Source: Nemertoderma westbladi (lineage: Eukaryota > Animalia > Xenacoelomorpha). Taken from it: a DNA stretch of 40,747 bases. The position numbers and the translations under genes were made by a program. The notes below the pieces were generated by a model. The model saw only the letters and a list, made by a program, of their open reading frames with translations. It made no database searches and had not been told where the DNA came from. Location: positions 1 to 40,747 of the forward strand of contig JAUCBJ010006652.1 of the NCBI GenBank assembly GCA_032718475.1, given 5' to 3'. Below, piece after piece: positions 23,988 to 33,900 of this stretch; position 1 is the first letter of the stretch; each line of letters begins with the position of its first letter.

Positions 23988-24917
23988 ATTGTGAGATTTC
24001 AGTGCTGGTGATATTTTATAGTACCAGCAGATTATTTATAAATAATTACCGTTATATCTGTATAGGGCATAGGCTATCAGGCTATAACTGGACAAATACA
24101 AGTCACTAGGCCTATCAGAGATTATAAATCATGTAGTCTGTCTGTTGGTCTATACAGCTATGTATATATATATATATAATATATGTAGTACCGGTACCAG
24201 ATACTGACAGACTGATATAGCCAACTATACAGCTATAGGCCTAGGCCTTATCATTAATTGTACATTTATTTATATGTTGCTGTGTTGTAGCTGTATTTGT
24301 ATTTGTAGCATTGTAGCATAAGTAGGTGTATTTGTTTGTAGCTGTTGTAGCTGGATGAAACAGATTCTACAGACTGACAGACAGACTGACTGACAGATTT
24401 TCTCTAAGCGGGATTTAGTAATCACTGAATCTAGAATCAACCTAACTAAGACTGAAAGTGGGCTCAAATCAATTTGGTACATACAGACATAGAATACCGA
24501 TACCACCATAATGCCATAAAGCACCCCCTCATTATTTTACTTGGCTATCTCTGTATCTTGGGTACTTAAATGGCTTGGTTATTTGGATGTTTTGTAAGTA
24601 CTGACTGGGATATTGGTTTGTTTTTTATGTTAGGGTTTATTGGTCAGAGATAAACCATAATTATACAGTAATTTAACCATAACCCTAATCTGCTAATAGG
24701 CTGATACAGTGATAGGCCTGGCTTTGTTGTTGCGAGATCATCGCGCACCTGAAATTTGCTCGTCGTGTATAACAGTATAATCCATACAAAATCGCGCAGC
24801 TCATGGCTGCATGGCATGGGGGCATGCCATGCATAGCAGCATAGACCAGGCAGCCAGGCCCCAGACTGGAATCCATACACTTTGCGCCGGATTAATCCGG
24901 CGCACTTTAGAATAAAA

Positions 24918-25125
24918 GCGCGCCAAATTGGCGCGCGGCGCGCCCGAAAATCAAGAAGTGCGCCGGTAATGGCGCGTGGCGCGCTCTAAAATCAAGAAGC
25001 GCGCCGGTAATGGCGCATGGCGCGCTCTAAAATCAAGAAGCGCGCCAGTATTGGCGCGCGGCGCGCTCTCAAATCAGCAAACGCGCCGAGTTCGGCACGC
25101 TGCGCCCCCGAAAATCAAGACTGGC
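24918..25125. repeat. 41-bp tandem array (AAAATCAAGAAGCGCGCCGGTAATGGCGCGTGGCGCGCTCT)
   Basis: Unit starts at 24947, 24988, 25029, 25070 and 25111. Confidence 0.9.
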
Positions 25126-26809
25126 ACCGATTTGTTGAGAAGCATCAAAATTTGCATGTATTGCTTAAAAAATTTCGGCTCGCTTCGCTCGCCTTTTTGC
25201 CTTCATTCAGTTTCTTCAACCCTGTCACTCTGTCAGCCTGTTGCTATTCCTTCTGTTCTTCATATTCACAGATTAACTTAAGCTATGGCTGTATGGGTTA
25301 CCGGTAAGGCTATATGAGTACACTGCAGGCACACTGCACTGTACTATGCTGTCTGCAGTTAGTACTGTAGTTGGCGGTAGGCTTATCAGCTATCTGTCTA
25401 TAGCACTGTAGCAAGCAGCTGAGCAGGGGTAACACTTTTCTAGTTTAATAGTTTAATAGTTAAAAGGGTGATACGGAAAGTGTATATACTTTTAGCACCC
25501 ATAATTCACAAATATATCACAATAATAAAGTACTGTTAAATTAGTTTGAGACAATATACCGGTATTTTGTTTTACGTAGAGTAAGTAAGAAAAGAGGCAA
25601 GTAAAATATATTATACTGGCACATTTAAAGCATGCAATACAGTTAGTTACTATGGAAATACGTCTGTCCGGATTGAATATAAATAGGGCAATAGTACACA
25701 GTATGCATGACACATGTAAATCGTAGTGTAGTGTAAAACACGGGCTGAATAAAATCATTTATAAAAAAAAGTTGCATCAACAGCTCAAAATAAAATAAGG
25801 TAGAGTGACGCTAGACAGTGTAACGACTAACGAGTAAAAGGAAGCATTAAAATAATTAAGATTGGCAAACATATTACAAAAGATATTTATATATATATAT
25901 ACACACTGTTAAATGAGTAAATAAATAAAATAGTCATAATCACTGTATGTATGTACATGTACAGTGATTATATTCACCTGCGGTACTGTTTGTATAATAA
26001 AATAAATGCATCTGACAATAGCATTGTCCAATTTGTAATGACACGTACACTTTCGATTTTTTAGAATAGCATGAACTTGAACCATGGTAAAAATTAGTTG
26101 TGTATCACAAGTGACAAAATGATAAGTGATATAAAAAGATAGATAGCCTAAAAGGATTAAGAAACGATAAAAATAATTCTCTCCACTCAAAAATTGCTAA
26201 TATTCACATAATTACATTTCATACAAATTAAATCTTAAATAAAATAAATGTTGATATTTGGATGGCGATGGTTAATTAAATTAATTAATTATTATACGGT
26301 ACTACCACCAGGATGGGGAAAATTTCAATGGCAAATTCTTATAGTGTTCGTTTAGCCTTGACTTGAATGTGTTTAGAGTCGGCGATGAAACAACAGATTC
26401 TGTAGAGGTATAGCCTCTAGACTCAGAAGGTTTCTCGCTTTACTTTTTCTATTAGGCCTACCGGCACCGGTACCGGTAGCCTACTATTTGCTAATAGTAC
26501 CATACCGTACTGCATGCTGAATGCATTCAACTGTTCAATTCAATTTAAATGAAATGTTTGCAACACGAAATTATTCCCTTTGCAGCTTGGAGCTGATCGA
26601 TCAGCTGAAGATACCTGTATTCTCCTTCAGCCTTTCTTGATATTTGGCCAGGAACCTGGGCGCGGCGGGCGGCGCAGTGTGTTACACATTTGCTTAGAAA
26701 GATTAGGGCCTACAGAATTATGGATTGAGTCAGTGCATGATGCCGTTGATGCCGATGCCTTTGAAATTGTATAAGGCTGTAAGGGTAGGCAGAGAGACGA
26801 GCAGCGCTC

Positions 26810-26998
26810 TTCAAAATTTCCTTGACGCTCGGCGCGCTTCAAAATTTCCTTGACGAAATTTTGTCGGCACGCGGCGGCGAACATCAAAATTGCATCGGCG
26901 CGCGGCGCTCATCAAAATTGTGTCGGCGCGCGGCGCACATTAAGATTGCGTCGGCGCGTGGCGCTCATCAAAATTTCGTCGGCGCGCTATCCGGCGCA
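26810..26998. repeat. 28-bp tandem array (CATCAAAATTGTGTCGGCGCGCGGCGCT)
   Basis: Unit starts at 26882, 26910, 26938 and 26966, with degenerate units upstream. Confidence 0.9.
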
Positions 26999-28796
26999 CT
27001 TTTTGGATGGATTCCATACAGGGCCAGGCCTATCTCAAAAAATCGCGCAGCTCATACCGTACTGTCATAAGAACAATTTTACATTCCGGTTCCTTTTTTA
27101 CAAGTTTGAGCGTTTCAAAGCTCTGGCAACCTCAAAAGTTGCCACATATCAGCATATGGCAGTATGGCAATGATTATTGCCAAATCTGGCAACTTGGCAT
27201 TATAGGCCTACCGGTACTGCATTCTGGTCCGCGTCCGGCGACCGAGGTACCGGTACCCAAAATTGCAGATTGTAGTATAATCTGATAATGCTGTAATGCA
27301 GTAATGTACAGATGTAATAGCAATAGGCAGATAGGTATAATTAGATCAGTAGATACAGAAATATATATGTTCTTTGCCCACTATCAGACTACTGGACTAG
27401 GGCCTATTGCCTATAGCATATAGACTGATAGCTGGATAGATGTTTGAATATTTATAAATTACAACATTGTAAAATGTAAATCAGCCATCAGTCCGAATTT
27501 CAGGTCTGCCAGTCGTATTAGTGTTGTCCTTGGGCACAACGCACAACATAATTTATTATAACCATATGCTACCGGCTGACCGGTAAAGCTTACTCGCTAA
27601 ATCACTTGCCACTCGCTGCCCTAGCCTGCTAGCCCTGTACATTATTGCTGTATTGACACCAATAACTTGTGAAATAAGTTGACTTCTAACTGTCTAAACA
27701 CTAAAGGAAAAGCCTTATTTTATTAGGCCTAGTCTGTTAGTGAACGCTGTTAAAAAATATGATATGCGCCAAACAGCCAATCATTACAGCATTAACATAG
27801 GCCTACTGTATTCAGGTATTATTATTATCTGATTATTTACTGTGTGGTATGAATTTTAAGAGCACAGGGCAAGGGCAGGGTGCAGGGCACTAATAACACG
27901 TTTTTAAAACGGTATAAAAAAAACTGGCCTCTTTTGAAACAGGCCTTTGCGCAGGCATGTTACTGTGTGTGTTAGGCCGTATAGGCCTATATACAGTTGG
28001 GTATTCTCAGCGAGATTTGGTTTCCTCATGAAACCAAATCTGGTTTCACTCTTACTCTAAATTGAAACCAAATCTGGTTTCCTTTGAGATCTCAGGACAT
28101 CAAAGGATGCCCGACTTTGTTACTGGGATATGAGTGACATGTATCTGAGAAGTCAATTGCCTAACAACAAGCACTGGCTGGGAGTTGGTGCTCTTCTATT
28201 TCATGTATTTAGCCCTGACTGCCTGAGGCCATGTTCTCCTGTAGGAAGGTACCTCTGTTTACAGTAGGTACCTAAACTAAGGCTTTGCTTTATATACACC
28301 AGAGTCTTGGGTAGCTAGCTGGCTAGCACAGCATTGCCCAAGGCTAATAATATACCATAGCCAAGGCAGGTTATTAACCTTCAACCCGCACTAGTCCACA
28401 GTCCTTACAGCCTTAATCATTTACTATTATATTCGTATAGGGATAGTTAGTTTTATTGTGTGGCCAAACCTGTTGCTGCCTGGCTGCTGTGTGTTGGTGT
28501 GGAAGTAATTAATGGTGGTCAGAGTAAGGAGGGACAAGAGAGTGGATTTAACAGTTTAATGTGGAATATGGCTATTGATATTAATCTCTATGCTTATATG
28601 GCTGCAGCCCAATATTGCCAGATATTGGTATTGGGTTTTAGTTAACTTCCCAGGTACCTGGCAGCCTGGACAAACGACAACAGGACATATGTTCCGCGGG
28701 ACTGTATGTTCCCGGACTTTATGTTCCCAAAAAATGTGGGAACATTTTTGTCCGAAAGTAATAATGCAAACATAATGTCCGGAAACATATAATAAA

Positions 28797-29611
28797 TAGG
28801 GTTCGACCGGAGCTATTTTTTTTGCCGGAGCCGGGTACCGGACCGGAGCAACCTAAAAGTGCCGGGGCCGGAGCCGGACCGGAGCAACATTGTTTGTTAT
28901 TTAACCTTGACACTTGAATTTGCCGGGGGGGGGGGGGCAGGGGGGGCTCTTTACTGCTTTACATAATCAATTAACGGATATCTATCTGTCTATCTAGTGC
29001 GGCAGTACGGTAGTAATAGCATAGATCTACAGACTGACAGACCTATACCTGTATAGGCCTACTGAGTACTGATATAATATAATCTATATTCTATATACGG
29101 TCATTCGGGTACTGCGACTGCCTGACAGCTGGACAGCCTGGCCGATGTACTAGCTAACTGGCAGACTGGATTGGAATGGAACTAATTCTGTTACTGCAGT
29201 ACTGGTAACAATTAAAGTTAGGTCTTGTAGTCTTGGGTAAGTGGAAGACTGTCAGTCGTCAGACTCATACTGTCATAGGCCTACAGCTGAGCTGTACAGC
29301 GAAAGACAGTCAGACAACAGGACAATGCAACAGCAATAGGCAGATAGGCCTACAGCCTACCACCTACGGCCATACCGTAGGCCTAATACATCGGCAGTAC
29401 AGTCTGCCAGTCAGCCAGTAGACGTTGATAAGTTCGCAGACGGACGTCCGGTGTCTGGCTGTATGTTTGCCTTGCCTATCCATGTAGCTATGCATCGTGC
29501 AGCACAAATACTTTTTGCCGGAGCTCCTGCACCTAATTTGACCGGAGCCGGACCGGAGCCGGACATGCCAAGTCCGGCCGGAGCCGGAGCCGGAGCTCCG
29601 GTCGAACCCTA
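28797..29611. mobile_element. hAT-type MITE (815 bp)
   Basis: Perfect 18-bp TIR TAGGGTTCGACCGGAGCT; perfect 8-bp TSD ATAATAAA (28789-28796, 29612-29619); subterminal GCCGGA repeats. Confidence 0.92.
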
Positions 29612-29653
29612 ATAATAAATAGGTAATCATAATATTAGGGTGTAAACGTTAAA

Positions 29654-30177
29654 CAGACAGTGATGCAGACAGTGGTGCAGACACCTGGTGCGGACAGTGG
29701 TGCAGTCACCTGGTGCGGACAGTGGTGCAGACACCTGGTGCTGGTACGGACAGTGGTGCAGACACTGGTGCAGACAGTGGTGCAAACTGTCAAACAGTGG
29801 TGCATGGTGCAGACACTGGTGCAGACAGTAGTGCAGACACTGGTGCAGACAGTGGTGCAGACAGTGGTGCAGACAGTGGTGCAGACAGTGGTGCAGACAG
29901 TGGTGCAGGTGGCAGGCAGTGGTGCAGGCAGTGGTGCAGACACCTGGTGCGGACAGTGGTGCAGACAGTGGTGCAGGCAGTGGTGCAGACACCTGGTGCA
30001 GACAGTGGTGCAGACACTGGTGCAGACGGTGGTGCAGGCAGTGGTGCAGACTCCTGGTGCGGACAGTGGTGCAGACAGTGGTGCAGGCAGTGGTGCAGAC
30101 ACCTGGTGCAGACAGTGGTGCAGACACCTGGTACGGACAGTGGTGCAGACACTGGTGCAGACATTGGTGCAGACAGT
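29654..30177. repeat. 12-bp minisatellite (GTGCAGACAGTG)n with longer CACCTGGTG variants, left part
   Basis: About 40 tandem units are directly visible. Confidence 0.95.
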
Positions 30178-30308
30178 GACTGAGTGGCAGTCAGTGAGAA
30201 GTCAAAAATTGGACTTCAAGTCCAATTTTAGACTTCAAGTCCAATTTTGGACTCCAAAGTCCAATATTGGACTTTAGTACAACTCCAAGTGTACCCATGC
30301 TGCCATAC

Positions 30309-30773
30309 TGTGGTGATCAGCAGCAAGGACATACAAAATATGAAACACAAAAATATCAAATTACAAAAAACGTTATAAATAATATAACGCCATCTAGGGA
30401 AGTTTACAGGAAACAACAAAATTGCGCTAGAATAATCCTGACCGCTGATTGGAGGATAACAAAGAGGGATAGATAGGTAGGATAATACCGGTTAGTAAGT
30501 AATATATCAAGAGATGGTCAGTACAATACAGTACCTACAGTAGTAGTTTAGATTCGTGTTTCTTTTTGGATGTCTGACATCTGACTGTCTGACGTATGTA
30601 CAGATGTATTTCAGTATTTTGATTTATCTGTTTTGATTAGATGAACTAACAAACTAATCGTTTTAGCCAGCCTGCCAGTTAACGGCAGATTTTCTTCAGG
30701 GAAACCAGAAAAACTAAGTGGTAGATTGCCACGGAACCCGGGTTCGACCTTATCCTGTTATCCAGCTTTCACA
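30309..30773 (+). repeat. 5' LTR
   Basis: TGTGGTGATC...CTTTCACA; no difference from 37363-37827 found by eye. Confidence 0.97.
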
Positions 30774-30775
30774 TT

Positions 30776-30792
30776 TGGGGGCTTGTCCGGGA
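30776..30792 (+). promoter_or_regulatory. Primer binding site complementary to the tRNA-Pro 3' end
   Basis: TGGGGGCTTGTCCGGGA, 2 nt after the 5' LTR; one mismatch to the canonical tRNA-Pro PBS TGGGGGCTCGTCCGGGAT. Confidence 0.88.
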
Positions 30793-30950
30793 GGATTTTT
30801 TTTCTTCCTGGTTGCTGGTGCTGGTTATAGACTTGTTACTTGTACCGTCAGACCGTTGGGCGTAGATATCGATTGTTGGTTATCGGTAAACTGGCTGACT
30901 TTGGACTTGTACCGGTAATATCAAGCATTCAGGCAGTCCACAGTCAGGGT

Positions 30951-33900
30951 ATGACAGACGTTTTTGGATTCGAGAACGATAGCGATAGTACCGGTAGTAG
31001 ATGCGAAGGGTCTGACCAAACGCAAATAGCCGTCGGTCCGAGAGAAGAATCAAGTTGGACGGACATAAACTTAAATAGTCCGGCGGTTGTCGTTCCTGGA
31101 TCCGGTTGCGACCGTCCTAGATATTCTGAAACGCAGTCTCACGGTAGGAATCGGTTTCCTGCAGTACCGGTACCAGGAGAAGGGGACGATTACATACATC
31201 CTAATAGAGAGCAGCAAGGTACCGATACCTGTATACAGCTTGAACACGACGCACCGATAATGGCGGATATCAGGAAGGAACCGGAAATATTCGACGGGCG
31301 TGGAGATGTTGATTCCTGGGTTAGTGCATTACAGCGATTGGGACGTCTTCGAAGATGGAATTACGTGATGATGGGAAGGGTTGCTTCCGTTTATGTGTCA
31401 GGTACCGCGGCTCGCGTAATAGAAGAATTACCTAATGAACAACAAGTCGATTTTGATAGCGTAGTAGCCGCTCTGCGAGCTAGATTTAGGCCTTTACCCC
31501 CCGAGGTTATATGTAGTAAGCTGTTAGATTGTAAGCTAGGAATAAATGAAACTATAGAGGAGTATGTAGATAAACTCCAGAAATGGGGACAGCAAGCCTG
31601 GGTAGATATGAATGGTGCGCAACGAGATCGGTTATTACTTACAGTTTTTTACAGAGGCATACCCTCTGATTTAGCTTTTAGGATTAGAAACAGCCATCCG
31701 CAATCGTTTGACGAGGCTGTACGTATGGCGCGTAATGAAGAAATTTATTTAGCGGAGGCGAACCATTTAAATTACGGAGATCAAGCTGGACGTATTGATC
31801 GAAATACCGTTATTGATTCTAATAGGCCAAAGCATACCTTTTTGCAGGAAAGTGGTGTACATGGATATGTAAACAATACGGCGAGTTTTAATAGAAATTC
31901 TACTGTACCGAGTAGACCGGTTACCGTTGATCCAAAAATAAATAAATTAGAAAGTGAGATACAAGAATTACGGAAACAAATTTCCGGTATGCAGTGCCAG
32001 CCAGCTCCTGTACGTCCGTTTACTGCATGGAATAAGAGTAGAACAGATTCTGGTCCAAACCATTCTGAAAGGAGTAGTGATACATTAGCTTACAGTAGTG
32101 GTAGACCTGTATATAGCCCTTATTTGACTGAGCCAAGTAGGTCAATTATTCAAAGTGAACATTTTCAGGTAAGTAATAATATGACACCCCGTAGGAATGT
32201 AACATGTTTTAACTGCAATGAATTTGGCCATTACAGTACCCAATGTCCCCAGCCGTTTGCTTCCCGTAATGTTCAGCCACGGAGAGATATTGTTTGTTTT
32301 AATTGTAACGAGTCTGGACATTACAGTACCCATTGCCCAAGATCTCAAACATCCCGATTTAATAGATCGAGTGACGATGTGAGACGTACTTATCCATACA
32401 GACCGAGACCTTCCCCACTTAGTACTGCTAGCAATATGTGTCAGCCATCCCAATATGTGCCACACCCTACTCCACCGCCCAGTAGGTTTAGTACGGATGC
32501 TGGTACACCGGCTTCGAGTTTTGAAAATAATCACATACGGTATACAACGCATACGAATCGCGATTGGTACATACCTGTACATATAGGACGTACAAAGATG
32601 GTTGGTTTGGTAGATAGCGGTTCAGATTTTACTATAATGGATATACGTAAATTACCAAAGGATTGTGAACTGGGAGCCAGTAGTATACCATCTATTAAGG
32701 GTGTAGGAGGGTTAATGCCAGTATTAGGTGAAGTGCATCTACCGATTGTTATTACGTCAGACTTTAAAGTAGACATATTAGTGTATATTGGCGACTTACA
32801 GAAAATTGATGGTTCTGAAATTATTTTTGGTAAAGATTTTATCTACCAAGCCTGTACCTCGTTTGATTTAGTAAAGCAATGTATGATTTTACGGAATAAC
32901 GAGTGTGTTTATTTTTGTAGTCCACCGACTCAGGTTATATCTAACTCAACCACAGAACACTATACTCGCCGTATAATTATGTCAGAAAAGAGGGTTACTA
33001 TACCACCAGATTCACAGGCATATATTACAGGTTGTTTGAAGGGAAAGGGAAGTAATTGTAGCTTCCCAGCAGGACCAGTTTATATTGAACCTCTGTATCA
33101 GTCGAATACTCAAACCCTACTAGCACGTTGTATAATAGATCCAATTGATAGAGAACGTGTTACATTACAAGTTTTAAACCCAAACAATTCACCAGTTACT
33201 GTTTTTAAGAACCAGAAGGTAGCATCATACTGTGACGTCACTAATTATACCTTGCGTACTTTAGAAAGTAGGGCTATCGGTACAGATAGTGTAGTTAATG
33301 ATGTCAATGGTAAACAGATATTTTTACGTGAAGAATTAAAATTAGACCATTTAGACTCTGACAAACAAGCTGATGTATTGGACATTGTTGGACAGAATCC
33401 CCATTCATTTTCTTACAATGATTATGACATAGGACGGACTACACTGTTACAACATTCTATACCTTTGAAACCTGATGCTAAACCGATACATGTAACGCCT
33501 TATCCAATACCCGTAGCCATACGTCCAGAACTGAGAGAACGGTTAAGTAATTTACAACGTGTAGGAGTTATACAGCCGAGTACCAGTGAATGGTCTTCTC
33601 CTCTTATTATTGTTAAGGCACCTAATAAGCCATGGCGCTTAGCTATAGACTATAGGGGACTTAATTCAGTAGCGGTTCCTCAATTTTGGCCATTACCTAA
33701 TATTGATTACATGTTAGCAGAAGTTGGTGCTGCCAGACCAGAATATTTCAGTGCTTTGGATTTTAAATCCATGTTTTGGCAAGTAGAGATTAATCCGGAG
33801 GATTATGCGAAGACCGCCTTTCATACTCAGTGGGGAAACTTTGAGTTTCGTAGAATGCCGTTTGGGCTTCAGTCATCACCCAGTACGTGTCAGAGATTAA

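Larger units (their letters stand above)
24861..27022. mobile_element. Non-autonomous TIR element with 8-bp TSD (hAT-like) and GC-rich subterminal arrays
   Basis: TSD GCCAGGCC (24853-24860, 27023-27030); imperfect TIR CCAGACTGGAATCCAT / ATGGATTCCATACAGG; 41-bp array at left, 28-bp array at right; GCTCGCTTCGCTCGC motif at about 25178. Confidence 0.75.

Noticed and set aside
26560-26780. Possible exon or transposase remnant inside the 8-bp-TSD element
   Set aside because: Coding-like composition and a CCCTTTGCAG acceptor-like site, but no recognisable protein motif in any frame.
24918-26998. CRISPR-like appearance of the 41-bp and 28-bp arrays
   Set aside because: Units are contiguous with no unique spacers, there are no cas genes, and the context is eukaryotic.
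29627-30277. Six overlapping ORFs of 86-205 aa (CTTV, LHHC, VQTV, GADS repeats)
   Set aside because: Artefacts of a stop-free 12-bp minisatellite; the same applies to 39487-39855.
30267-30476. Identical short peptide in ORFs at 30267 and 37279
   Set aside because: Simply the LTR duplication; the start codons lie outside the LTR.
30840-30950. TTG start for gag-pol given in the ORF track
   Set aside because: Eukaryotic element; the first in-frame ATG is 30951.
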